Below are positions 9,933 to 19,218 of a stretch of 64,000 bases of DNA, piece by piece. Every line of letters starts with the position of its first letter. Position 1 is the first letter of the stretch. The translations under genes were made by a program, and so were the position numbers. The notes under the pieces were generated by a model. That model worked only from the letters and a program-made list of their open reading frames with translations. It was not told where the DNA came from and did not search any database. The stretch comes from an uncultured Chloroflexia bacterium (GTDB lineage: Bacteria; Chloroflexota; Limnocylindria; Limnocylindrales; CSP1-4). The stretch is taken from positions 896,001-960,000 of the forward strand of contig CAWEZH010000002.1 in the NCBI GenBank assembly GCA_963813535.1. Direction: 5' to 3'.

Positions 9933-11138
9933 TCAGGCGCGGGCCAGCTCAACGTACGCCGACGCCACCAGGGCGTCGATCTCGGCCGGCACCGGCACGA
10001 CGCAGGCGCTCTTCGGGACCGCGGCACGTGCGACGGCCTCCAAGCAGCGCGCCTGGAGCGTGAAGCCGAGGTCCATCGACTCGATCGAGTTGCCGAGCGG
10101 CCGCGGCCCGGCCAGGTTCACCATGTGGCCGCGCGTGAGGACGTGGACGGCCTTGCCGTCGCGGAGTCGCAGGGTCGTGATGCCGTCGGTGACGTCGTCG
10201 GTCGACTCGACCGAGGGATCGGCGATCAGCGACGGGACGTCGAGCTCCCACGGCAGATGCCCGGCGCTGATCAGGACGACGCCATCGCGCACCCGGGCGA
10301 GATCGGCAGCCTCGATCACGTGGGGCGCGCCGGTGACGGTCACGACCACGTCAGCGGTGGCGACCGCGTCGTCCCGGTCGGGCACGTCGAAGCCGTCGAG
10401 GAGCGCTCGCATCCGGAGCACCGGCTGCGGCTCGACGACCGATACGACGCTGTTGAAGCTCCGGAAGTACGCGGCCACCCCACGACCCACGGAGCCGTAG
10501 CCGAAGACGGCGACTCGGCGGCCGTTGGTGATTCGGTTGGTGATCCGGATGAACGATTCCACCGTCCCGGCGCCGACGGCGTGCGTGTTCTCGGCGAACT
10601 GCTTGATCGGGCTGTCGTTGATGACCAGGAGCGGCATGTCGAGCCGGTCGCGCAACGGCAGCAGTCGATCGCGACCGGACGTGGTCTCCTCCGTCCCGCC
10701 GCGGAGTCCCTCCCACGGGTCGTCCAGGTATCGCGTGAAGAGGTCGCCGCCGTTATCGAGGAGCAGGTCCGGCTTCGTCGCGAGGACGCCGCGCAGGAAG
10801 CGGTCGTGCTCGACCGGGTCGGCGGTCGGGCCGCCGACGACCTCGAGGCCGCGCTCGCGCAGGTAGTCGACGGTCTCCTGCTGCGTGGAGTTGAGGTTGC
10901 CGGTCGAGACGACCGCCGCGCCGCCGCGTTGGAGTGTCAACAGGAGCGCCGCGGTCTTCGGCTCGAGGTGGATCCCGGTCCCGATGCGCAGCCCCTCGAA
11001 CGGGCGGGTCCGCTCGAATTCGTCGCCCGTCTGCTGTAGCAACCGCGCGCTGCCGGCCACCCATTCGAACCGCGACACGGACTCCTCCTCCTGCCGCAGC
11101 GCGGCGTCGATCGATCGTCCTGCCAGCGTAGCGGTCAC
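9933..11138 (-). CDS. Divergent adenosylhomocysteinase (AhcY-like) family protein
   Basis: HLEPKT, DNGGD, EETTSG, INDSPIK, GYGSVGRG, AGH, MVNL; start GTG 11138 uncertain. Confidence 0.85.
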   Translation of the reverse strand: MTATLAGRSIDAALRQEEESVSRFEWVAGSARLLQQTGDEFERTRPFEGLRIGTGIHLEPKTAALLLTLQRGGAAVVSTGNLNSTQQETVDYLRERGLEVVGGPTADPVEHDRFLRGVLATKPDLLLDNGGDLFTRYLDDPWEGLRGGTEETTSGRDRLLPLRDRLDMPLLVINDSPIKQFAENTHAVGAGTVESFIRITNRITNGRRVAVFGYGSVGRGVAAYFRSFNSVVSVVEPQPVLRMRALLDGFDVPDRDDAVATADVVVTVTGAPHVIEAADLARVRDGVVLISAGHLPWELDVPSLIADPSVESTDDVTDGITTLRLRDGKAVHVLTRGHMVNLAGPRPLGNSIESMDLGFTLQARCLEAVARAAVPKSACVVPVPAEIDALVASAYVELARA

Positions 11139-11218
11139 GGGCGGCGTCGCGCCGGGCCCCGTCGGGCCGTCACACTTGGCAGGACGCGGCGCGGGCCGCG
11201 CTGAGTGGGAGGCCTGCC

Positions 11219-12604
11219 GTGTCGCGATCGCCCGTCGCCGTGGCACGCTCCCCGGTCGACCTGATCCGCTCGCTGATCGACAGGATCTTCCCGCGCGGCG
11301 CGCTGATCCTGTCCGTCCTGAGCTTCAGCTACTTCATCGCCGGGATCATCCGCAACCGGATCTTCGCGAACACGTACGGCGCAGGCCCCGAGCTCGATGC
11401 GTACAACGCCGCGTTCCGCATCCCGGAGATCGCCCTCGACGTCCTGGTGGCGGCGGGTCTGACCGCCCCGTTCGTGCCGATCTTCACCAGCCTCCGCCAC
11501 GACGACGAGCGCTCGGCGAACGATTTCGGCCGGACGGTGCTCACGGTCGCAGTCCTCGTGATGGCGATCGCATCGGTCGGCATCTTCCTCGCCGCCCCGT
11601 GGCTGTCGACCCAGATCGGTGCCGGCTTCGACGCTCCGACCCGCGAGCTGTACGTGACCCTGGTGCGCGTCAACTGCCTCGCCCAGATCCTGTTCGCGGC
11701 GTCCATCTGCCTCGGCGAGATCCTCGTCGCGAATCGGCGATTCCTGTTCTATGCCCTCGCCCCGATCATGTACACGGGCGGGATCATCGCCGGGACGGTG
11801 CTCGGCGCGGAACGGTTCGGCATCGTTGCGACCGCGTGGGGCGCCGTCCTCGGCGCGGCCCTCCACCTGGGCATCCGATCGATCGGGATCCTGCGGACGA
11901 GCTTCCGACCGCGAGTGTCATTTCACGTCCGGACCGGGGCGTTCAAGGAGTTCATCCGGCTGATGATCCCGCGGATGATCAGCCACCCGATCGAACCGGC
12001 GATCTTCACGTTCTTCACGGCGTTGGCGTCGACCATCGTTGTGGGCGGTGTGTCGTCGATCAACTTCGCGCTCGACTACCAGGTCGTCCCGGTCAGCCTG
12101 ATCGGCATCTCGTTCTCGCTCGCGGTGTTCCCGACGCTGTCCACGGCCTACGCCGACCGGGACGGCTCGGCGTTCCGCCAGGTCCTGACGCGCAACGTGG
12201 TGACGATCGGCGCGCTGACGACGATCGCCGCGATCGTGCTGTTCATCGGCTCGGGCATCCTCGTCGAGGTCCTGCTCGGCGGTGGCGAATTCGGCCCGGA
12301 GGACGTCGCCGTCACGTCGGCGATCGTCGCCGCATTCGCGATCTCGGTGCCCTTCGACGCGCTCGCCTATCCCCTCTCCCGCGGCCTGTACGCCACGCAC
12401 GACACGATCCGCCAGGTCGCGGCGTCGTTCGCGGGGTTCGGCGTCGTGCTGGTCGCCTCGACAGCGCTCGCGCCGAACCTGGGTCTGCTGGCGATCCCGC
12501 TCGGATACGCCTCGGGGATGGTGGTCAAGGACGCACTCCTCGTGGCGTTCCTGCTCCCGCGGGTACGGGCGATCGGTCGGGCACCGAGCGCCGCGATCGG
12601 CTAG
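11219..12604 (+). CDS. murJ: Lipid II flippase MurJ/MviN
   Basis: LDAYNAAFRIPE, APFVPIF, AVFPTLS, LSRGLYATHDT; multiple TM segments; GGAGG RBS. Confidence 0.85.
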   Translation: MSRSPVAVARSPVDLIRSLIDRIFPRGALILSVLSFSYFIAGIIRNRIFANTYGAGPELDAYNAAFRIPEIALDVLVAAGLTAPFVPIFTSLRHDDERSANDFGRTVLTVAVLVMAIASVGIFLAAPWLSTQIGAGFDAPTRELYVTLVRVNCLAQILFAASICLGEILVANRRFLFYALAPIMYTGGIIAGTVLGAERFGIVATAWGAVLGAALHLGIRSIGILRTSFRPRVSFHVRTGAFKEFIRLMIPRMISHPIEPAIFTFFTALASTIVVGGVSSINFALDYQVVPVSLIGISFSLAVFPTLSTAYADRDGSAFRQVLTRNVVTIGALTTIAAIVLFIGSGILVEVLLGGGEFGPEDVAVTSAIVAAFAISVPFDALAYPLSRGLYATHDTIRQVAASFAGFGVVLVASTALAPNLGLLAIPLGYASGMVVKDALLVAFLLPRVRAIGRAPSAAIG

Positions 12605-12608
12605 GTGC

Positions 12609-13568
12609 CTAGCCGGTGCCGGCGCGCGCCTTCGTCGGGACGACCGTGATGAACAGACCGTCACGATCCGGGTACTGGCCCTCGGGTCGCTTCCAGCGCA
12701 GGAAGTTGTCCTGGAGCTCGGCGAACTTCGTGAACGTGCCCGGCGGGTTCGAGGCGCCCCAGATCGACGAGATGCGGGGGAACCACGGGTCGAGGATGTA
12801 GGCACCCTCGATCTTGGTGTCCCTGAAGGTCGCCGGGTCGGCGTCGGCGCGGTAGCCGGTCATGACCCAGGTGTGGGCGCCTCGCCACGCGAGCAGGATG
12901 GCCGGCGAGTGGGTCTTCTTGATCGCGACCGCCGCGTCGCGCAGGGCGTACGTCATCGTTTCGAACGCCCGGACCTCGTAGCCCGGCGCGCCGTACGCGT
13001 CGAGGGCGAGCGCCATGGCGCCCGGGCCCCATTCGCCGTTGTGGCTGTCGGAATAGGCTTCCCACGAATGGACCCGGCCGGCGATCTCGCGCTGGGTCGC
13101 ATTCGAGGTGTCGGCGAGACCCATCACGGCGAGCGCCATCTGGACGCCGGCCGGGGCGCACCAGTCGTTGCGGAGCTCGGAGGCGAACACCTTGTCCGGA
13201 TCGCCCCGCACGATGTCCACATCGACGGGCTTCGGCTTCGGCTTTGGGGTCGGGGTGGGCGTCGGGTCGGGTGTGGGGCTCGCGCTCTCGCCCGGTGCAG
13301 GCGTCGCTGGCACCGGCGTGGGCGTGGGTGGCTCGCTCTCGAGCGGCGGCTCCGTGACCCGTACGGTCTCGACCGTTTCCCGATGCGGCACCGGCCCGGC
13401 CATGAAACGCTCGATCCTGCCGACCACCGCCAGCCACTTCTCCCCCGCCCCGAACGCATCGGTGGCGATGGCGAGGGATGTGAGGGTCGCGCCCACGATG
13501 GCGATGCCCACCGCGCCCACCAGGAAGCGCCGGAAGCGGCTGGGGGCGCGGCGGGACGATCGATTCAC
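12609..13568 (-). CDS. Membrane-anchored/secreted papain-fold (C39-like) peptidase with Pro/Thr linker
   Basis: N-terminal TM, PTPTPKPKP linker, WCAPAGVQM (Cys), GAHTWVMTGY (His), ILDPW (Asp). Confidence 0.7.
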   Translation of the reverse strand: MNRSSRRAPSRFRRFLVGAVGIAIVGATLTSLAIATDAFGAGEKWLAVVGRIERFMAGPVPHRETVETVRVTEPPLESEPPTPTPVPATPAPGESASPTPDPTPTPTPKPKPKPVDVDIVRGDPDKVFASELRNDWCAPAGVQMALAVMGLADTSNATQREIAGRVHSWEAYSDSHNGEWGPGAMALALDAYGAPGYEVRAFETMTYALRDAAVAIKKTHSPAILLAWRGAHTWVMTGYRADADPATFRDTKIEGAYILDPWFPRISSIWGASNPPGTFTKFAELQDNFLRWKRPEGQYPDRDGLFITVVPTKARAGTG

Positions 13569-13602
13569 GCGGGATGGGCTCCTGGGGTGCGGGCTGTCAG
13601 GT

Positions 13603-14304
13603 TCAAGACGCTTGGGACCGCCGAGTTGCTACAGCCCGCGGCGCGGCAAGCGCGGCCAGCCGTGCCAGGCGTTCTCTCCATGCGGTCCGATGACTGGCGA
13701 CGTCCGCGGCGTCGGCCAGCTTGACGTGCGTGACCGTCACGACGGCGCGATCGTCGCCCTTCGGGTCGAAGACGACGTTCACGCGCGTGCCCTCGGACGG
13801 GACGTCGAACCGGGCTGCGCGACCCATCGTCCGCGTCCCGGTCCGCATCCGCAGCCCGAGATCCAGCCACGACGCCCGGCGCTTCGGCTCGACGAACGCG
13901 CGCCACGCGTCCATCGATGGCATGTCGATGGTCTTCGAGACGCTGACTTCGAACCCTTCCGGGCGCTGGTTCGGCGCGCGCATGCCGCGCGCGCGCTCGT
14001 AACCGACGGTGACCGACTGCGACCACCAGCCGTCGATGCCGTGTTCGCCGTTCACGTACCTGGCGATCTCCGTGTGGGTGTGCGAGGTGGCGTCCCAGGC
14101 GTCGAGGATCCGGAACCAGTCGTCCCATCCTCGGCCGGTGCCCTTGACGATCGCCTCTTCGGACACGGGTGGTTCGGCAAGCCGGGGTGGCAAAGGGGGC
14201 GGTGCGGGATCACGCATGAGGTTGCGCCGGGCGGCGGCATAGCGCTCGCCGGTCTTCTCCATCCGGGAGCGGACGGCCCGCTTGCGGGCCTTGTCGGTGG
14301 TCAT
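13603..14304 (-). CDS. Hypothetical protein: basic N-terminal helical domain + DUF4287-like + SRPBCC-like domain
   Basis: MTTDKARKRAVRSRMEKTGERYAAARR; KGTGRGWDDWF..HTEIA..HGIDGWWSQSVTVGYER; AGGAG RBS. Confidence 0.8.
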   Translation of the reverse strand: MTTDKARKRAVRSRMEKTGERYAAARRNLMRDPAPPPLPPRLAEPPVSEEAIVKGTGRGWDDWFRILDAWDATSHTHTEIARYVNGEHGIDGWWSQSVTVGYERARGMRAPNQRPEGFEVSVSKTIDMPSMDAWRAFVEPKRRASWLDLGLRMRTGTRTMGRAARFDVPSEGTRVNVVFDPKGDDRAVVTVTHVKLADAADVASHRTAWRERLARLAALAAPRAVATRRSQAS

Positions 14305-14473
14305 CTCGTGTGTCTCCTGACCGGCCGTCGGCCCGGACCCACGCTCCGGAGCCACCGACCGTGGCCAGGCACGAACCGACGACCTCGAGGCGGAGCCCCT
14401 TTGCCTCCACGAGGTCGACAGCGTGAGTGCCGACGACGGAGGTGCGGCGCGAGGTGGCGCCGCCGAGAGGATA
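14305..14473 (-). promoter_or_regulatory. Promoter (-10 TATCCT) and structured 5' leader RNA candidate
   Basis: Stems 14444-14450/14457-14463, 14326-14332/14429-14435, 14338-14345/14420-14427, 14380-14387/14410-14417, 14351-14355/14361-14365. Confidence 0.6.
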
Positions 14474-14576
14474 CGCCGAGGTTCGAAATGGCGTCCAGCA
14501 CGGGTCGACCACGGCCCGAGCGGCTGCCTGTGGCACCATCGACCCCACCGCCACGCCGTCACCAGGAGCACCACCC

Positions 14577-15767
14577 GTGGACCGTTTCGAGCCCAACCTC
14601 CGCATCCCCGGCCCGACGTCCCTGCCGCCCAGCGTGCGCACCGCCGGCGCGCGCCAGATGATCAACCACCGCGGTCCGGAGTTCGCGGCGATGCTCGGCC
14701 GGATCCTCGACGGCATCAAGCCCTACTTCGGGACGACCTCGGACGTGGCGATGCTCACCACCGCCGGCTCGGGCGGGCTCGAGGCCGCGATCGTCAACAC
14801 GCTCTCGCCGGGCGATCGGGTGCTCGGCGTGAGCATCGGCTCGTTCGGCGACCGGTTCGCCAAGATCGCCGGGATCTATGGCGCCGACGTGACGAAGCTC
14901 GACGCGGAATGGGGCTATGCGGCGGCCGCCGATGAGATCCGTGAGCGACTGCGCGGGATGCCCGACACCAGGGCCGTCCTGCTCACCCACAACGAGACGT
15001 CGACCGGCGTCATGAACCCGATCGGCGAGCTGGCGGCGGCCATCCGCGCCGAGACGCCCGACGCGCTGATCCTGGTCGACAGCGTGTCCGGTCTCGGTGC
15101 CGTGCCGTTCGAGATGGACGCGTGGGGCGTCGACGTGGTCGTGACCGGATCGCAGAAGGCCTGGATGGCGGCGCCCGGACTATCGATGATCGCGGCCTCA
15201 CCTCGGGCGTGGGCCGCCATGGAACACGCGAGGATGCCGCGGTTCTATCTGGACCTGCGGTCCCACCGCGAGGCGGCGACGGGCGGAGAGACGCCCTTCA
15301 CTCCGGCGATCGCGGTCGTGTACCAGGTCGACGAGGGCCTGCGCCTCATGCAGCAGGAAGGCGCGGAGGCGATCTTCGCCCGCCACGAGACGTGTGCCGC
15401 AGCAGCCCGGGCCGGGCTGGCCGCCCTCGGCTTCGAGTTGTTCGCCGATGCGCGCCACTACTCGCGGACCGTCACGGCCGCGTCCGTCCCCGACGGCCTC
15501 GACTGGAAGGCCTTCAACGGCGCACTCAAGAAGCGCGGCCTCGTGCTGGCCGGCGGCCAGGGCAAGCTCACGGGCCGTATCTTCCGCCTTGGGCATCTGG
15601 GGTCGGTCACGCTCGAGGAGATCCTCGGGGCTATCGGCACGCTCGAGTCCGTGTCGCTCGACCATGGCCTGCCGATCGACCCGGGCACGGCCGTGGCCGC
15701 CGCCCAGCGGGCTGCCCTCGCCAGCCAGGGCGTCGCACGCCTGTCGGTCGCCGGGACCACCGCGTGA
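14577..15767 (+). CDS. Class V PLP aminotransferase (alanine-glyoxylate/serine-pyruvate family), probable phosphoserine aminotransferase
   Basis: IPGPT, HNETSTG, VDSVS, TGSQKAW (PLP Lys), IFRLGHLG; overlaps serA start (GTGA). Confidence 0.9.
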   Translation: MDRFEPNLRIPGPTSLPPSVRTAGARQMINHRGPEFAAMLGRILDGIKPYFGTTSDVAMLTTAGSGGLEAAIVNTLSPGDRVLGVSIGSFGDRFAKIAGIYGADVTKLDAEWGYAAAADEIRERLRGMPDTRAVLLTHNETSTGVMNPIGELAAAIRAETPDALILVDSVSGLGAVPFEMDAWGVDVVVTGSQKAWMAAPGLSMIAASPRAWAAMEHARMPRFYLDLRSHREAATGGETPFTPAIAVVYQVDEGLRLMQQEGAEAIFARHETCAAAARAGLAALGFELFADARHYSRTVTAASVPDGLDWKAFNGALKKRGLVLAGGQGKLTGRIFRLGHLGSVTLEEILGAIGTLESVSLDHGLPIDPGTAVAAAQRAALASQGVARLSVAGTTA

Positions 15768-17353
15768 AGGTCCTCGTCGCCGAGGAGGTGGCGCGCGAGG
15801 GCATCGATGTCCTGGCGGGGCAGCACGAGGTCGACGAGCGTTTCGGCTGCACGCGCGAGGAGCTCGCGGCGATCCTGCCCGAGTACGACGCATTGATCGT
15901 CCGGAGTCAGGTCCAGGTCGACGCCGGACTCATCTCGGCGGGGGCCAAGCTGATCGTCATCGGGCGAGCCGGTGTCGGCGTCGACAACGTCGACCTCGAC
16001 GCCGCGACGCGCGCCGGCATCACGGTCGTCAACGCGCCGACCGGCAACACGATCGCCGCCGCCGAGCACACGCTCGCTCTGCTCTACGGTGTGGCCCGCC
16101 GGACTGCCGCCGCCGACGCCAGCCTCCGCCGCGGGGAGTGGAAGCGGAGCGAGTTCACCGGGCTCGAGCTCCGCGGCCGCACGATCGGGATCATCGGTCT
16201 CGGCAAGATCGGCCAGGCCATCGCGCTGCGTGCCCGCGCGATGGAGATGGTCGTGCTCGGCAGCGACCCGTACGTCACGGCGGAGCAGGCCGAGAACCAC
16301 GGCGTCGAGCTCATCGACATTCGGACGCTGCTCGAACGCTCGGACGTCATCACGGTCCACGTGCCGCTGACGCGGGCGACCCGTGGCCTGATCGGCAAGG
16401 CCGAGATCGCACGGCTCAGACCGGGATCGATCGTCCTGAACGTCGCACGCGGCGGGATCGTCGATGAGGCGGCAGTCGCGGCGGCACTCGAGTCGGGCCA
16501 CCTCGCCGGCGCCGGGTTCGACGTGTTCGAGACCGAGCCACCGACCGATTCACCCCTCCTGGCGGCGCCGAACACACTGCTGACCCCCCACCTCGGCGCC
16601 TCGACCGCCGAGGCCCAGGTGCTCGTCGCCGAGGAGGTCGCGTCCCAGGTCCTCGACGTGCTCGAGGGGCGTAGCGCGCGCTATGCCGTCAATGCTCCGC
16701 TGCTCACCCCGGAGACCGCGCGAGCCATCGCCCCGTACCTGCCGCTCGCCGAGATCCTCGGTCGGTTCTTCGCCCAGTTCTCGCGTGGCGGTGTCCGGAC
16801 CCTGACGCTGGAGATCGCCGGCGAGCTCGCGGAGCACGACGGCTCACCGCTCACTGCCGCTGTGCTCCGCGGCCTACTGGAGACCGTGACGACCGAGCGC
16901 GTGAACCTCGTCAACGCCGGAGCCCTGGCGAAGGCCCGGGGCATCACGCTGGTCGAGCGCAAGACACGTGACGCAGGCGCCTACGCCGCCCAGCTGACGC
17001 TCTCGAGCGACGGTTTACCAGGCGGCCGCGGCATCACGGTGGGTGGCACGGTCGCGGCCGGCGAGGCGCGCATCACCCGGCTCGGTGCCTACCGGCTCGA
17101 CATGGAGCCGTCCGACGTGATGCTCATCACCCGTCACACAGACAAGCCGGGCATGGTCGGCCGGGTCGGGGCGATGCTCGGCGAGGCCGACGTCAACATC
17201 AGCGCGATGCACCTCGCCCGTACCCGGCCGCGCGAGGACGCCCTGATGATCCTGGCGCTCGACGACGACGTGCCGCCCGGCGTCGAGGCGGCGATCCGCG
17301 ACCTGGACGCGGTGCTCGACCTTTGGACGATCCGGCTCGGCCACGAGCAGTGA
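15764..17353 (+). CDS. serA: D-3-phosphoglycerate dehydrogenase (with ASB and ACT domains)
   Basis: GRAGVGVDNVD, GLGKIG, NVARGGIVDE, TPHLGAST, C-terminal DKPGMVG..NISAM. Confidence 0.95.
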   Translation: MKVLVAEEVAREGIDVLAGQHEVDERFGCTREELAAILPEYDALIVRSQVQVDAGLISAGAKLIVIGRAGVGVDNVDLDAATRAGITVVNAPTGNTIAAAEHTLALLYGVARRTAAADASLRRGEWKRSEFTGLELRGRTIGIIGLGKIGQAIALRARAMEMVVLGSDPYVTAEQAENHGVELIDIRTLLERSDVITVHVPLTRATRGLIGKAEIARLRPGSIVLNVARGGIVDEAAVAAALESGHLAGAGFDVFETEPPTDSPLLAAPNTLLTPHLGASTAEAQVLVAEEVASQVLDVLEGRSARYAVNAPLLTPETARAIAPYLPLAEILGRFFAQFSRGGVRTLTLEIAGELAEHDGSPLTAAVLRGLLETVTTERVNLVNAGALAKARGITLVERKTRDAGAYAAQLTLSSDGLPGGRGITVGGTVAAGEARITRLGAYRLDMEPSDVMLITRHTDKPGMVGRVGAMLGEADVNISAMHLARTRPREDALMILALDDDVPPGVEAAIRDLDAVLDLWTIRLGHEQ

Positions 17354-18171
17354 GCGGTCCGCCTGGCGAACCAACCCCACCGCTCATCCCGGACAGGCTC
17401 GACGCGACGCTCGTGCTGGTTCGCCACGGCGAGTCCGAGTTCATCGTCGAGGGACGGTTCCAGGGGCAGGCCGAGACGCCGCTCTCGCCGATCGGGCTGC
17501 GCCAGGCCGCGTTGCTCGCCGAGCGCCTTGCCCATCCCCACGATCCGCCGGCGCTGCCGTTGCCGACCGGGCCACTCCGCGAGATCGTCCATTCGCCGTT
17601 GCGGCGGACGGCACAGACCGCCGAGGCGATCCTCGCGCAGCTCGATGGCGCGCCGCCCTCACGACCCGAGTCGGGTCTCCTCGAGATCGGGCAGGGCGAA
17701 TGGGAGGGCCTGCACCGCGACGAGATCTCCGCACGGTACGGCGACATCCTGGCGGCCTGGCGGCGGACGCCGACCACGACCTGGGCGCCCGGCGGCGAAT
17801 CGATCGCCGAGGTCCAAGCGCGGCTCCGTCCGGCACTCGGTGAGATGCTCGCGACACTGGCGGAAGGCGGCGTCCCGGGCACGCTGGACCGATCGCAGGT
17901 CGCCGGCTACATGGACGAGCTGCCGAGCCACCCCTGGTCGATCGCCGTCGGCCACGACGGGGTGTTCAAGGTCGCGCTGCTCACGCTGTTCGACCTGCCC
18001 CTCGAGCGGTTCTGGATGTGGACGATGGATCTCGCCGCGATCACCGTCGTCGAATTCCGGGCCGGGCGGCCCGTCCTCCGCGCCCACAACCTCACGGGCC
18101 ACCTCGCCGCACTGCTCGACGAGGCGGCCCAGGAGGAGCAGGAACGCCGCAGCCGTAGCGGGGCGCTATAG
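17350..18171 (+). CDS. Histidine phosphatase family protein, probable phosphoserine phosphatase
   Basis: LVRHGES, SPLRR, GGES, VGHDG; GTGA-coupled to serA. Confidence 0.85.
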   Translation: MSGPPGEPTPPLIPDRLDATLVLVRHGESEFIVEGRFQGQAETPLSPIGLRQAALLAERLAHPHDPPALPLPTGPLREIVHSPLRRTAQTAEAILAQLDGAPPSRPESGLLEIGQGEWEGLHRDEISARYGDILAAWRRTPTTTWAPGGESIAEVQARLRPALGEMLATLAEGGVPGTLDRSQVAGYMDELPSHPWSIAVGHDGVFKVALLTLFDLPLERFWMWTMDLAAITVVEFRAGRPVLRAHNLTGHLAALLDEAAQEEQERRSRSGAL

Positions 18172-19218
18172 GGCAGTCGGCGCGGACGCCTCGCTGGCGG
18201 TGGCGTCGGCGAGGATCGCCTCGACCGCGGCGTGGCCGGGCGTATCGCTGCCCCCGGCGCGGCTCCTCCGGCACAGCTCGAGTGGTGTGAGCCCGGATCC
18301 CGGGTCGCGGAGGTTCGGATCAGCGCCATGGTCCAGCAGGCGCCGGACGCCGGCCGGGCGCCCCTCGCTCGCCGCGGTCCGCAGCGGATGGCCACCGAAG
18401 GCCGGGTCGGTGTCGTCGACCGGCACCCCGACACCGATCAGCCGATCGATGACCTCGAGACGCTGATGGTGCGCCGCCATCACGAGGGCACGAACACGGG
18501 CATCCGGAGGTGTCGTGTCGTCCAACCAGGCGCTGACGTCGCCGGCCGCGGCCGCTTCCTCGATCCCGTGGACCTGCGCCCCCGACGCGATGAGCACGTC
18601 GACGACGGCCGTCATGCCGAACACCGCGGCGTGCAGAAGGGCGGTCCCGCCTGGGATCCCGCCGGCGTCATCGGCCGCCCGAGCCTCGATGTCGGCACCG
18701 GCGCCGATCAGGACGCGGGCGACGTCGGGGTCGCCATAGCTCGCGGCGGTGATCAGCGGCGTCTCGGGGTCACCCGGCTGCCCGTCGACCGGCGCCCCCG
18801 CCGCGAGCAGGGCCGAAGCCATGGCCCCGGTGCGATCGACGTCGCGCCAGGCGCCGCTCGCCGTGTCGAGGCGGAGCATCGCGACGTAGCCCAGTGGTGA
18901 GGCACCCTTGGGATGGTCGCCCCAGTGCTCCATCGTCGTCCACGACAGGTCGGGCTCCTCCGACAGCATCGCCTGCAGCCGTCCGACGTCACCGGCGTCG
19001 AGGATCTCCCGCCGCTCGACGTCGCGCTTGAGGCGAGCCCAGCTCGGGAAGCCGTACTCGCGCGCGATCGCGAGCTGTGCACCGGCGAGCGTCGTCGGGG
19101 CGGAGACGGATCGCAACCGCTCGAGCGCTGGTTGCTCGCCCCCCTTGGCGGCACGGACGAGATCCTTCGCCAGCCGCCGAAGCTGGTCGAGATCAGGACG
19201 GGGTGGCAGCGCCGGCAT
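18166..19218 (-). CDS. Ankyrin-repeat protein with basic helical N-terminal domain
   Basis: LPPRPDLDQLRRLAKDL..LAGAQLAIAREYGFPSWARLK; ankyrin repeats TPLITAASYG, TALLHAAVFG, HPLRTAASEG..GADPN; AAGGAG RBS. Confidence 0.85.
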   Translation of the reverse strand: MPALPPRPDLDQLRRLAKDLVRAAKGGEQPALERLRSVSAPTTLAGAQLAIAREYGFPSWARLKRDVERREILDAGDVGRLQAMLSEEPDLSWTTMEHWGDHPKGASPLGYVAMLRLDTASGAWRDVDRTGAMASALLAAGAPVDGQPGDPETPLITAASYGDPDVARVLIGAGADIEARAADDAGGIPGGTALLHAAVFGMTAVVDVLIASGAQVHGIEEAAAAGDVSAWLDDTTPPDARVRALVMAAHHQRLEVIDRLIGVGVPVDDTDPAFGGHPLRTAASEGRPAGVRRLLDHGADPNLRDPGSGLTPLELCRRSRAGGSDTPGHAAVEAILADATASEASAPTAL

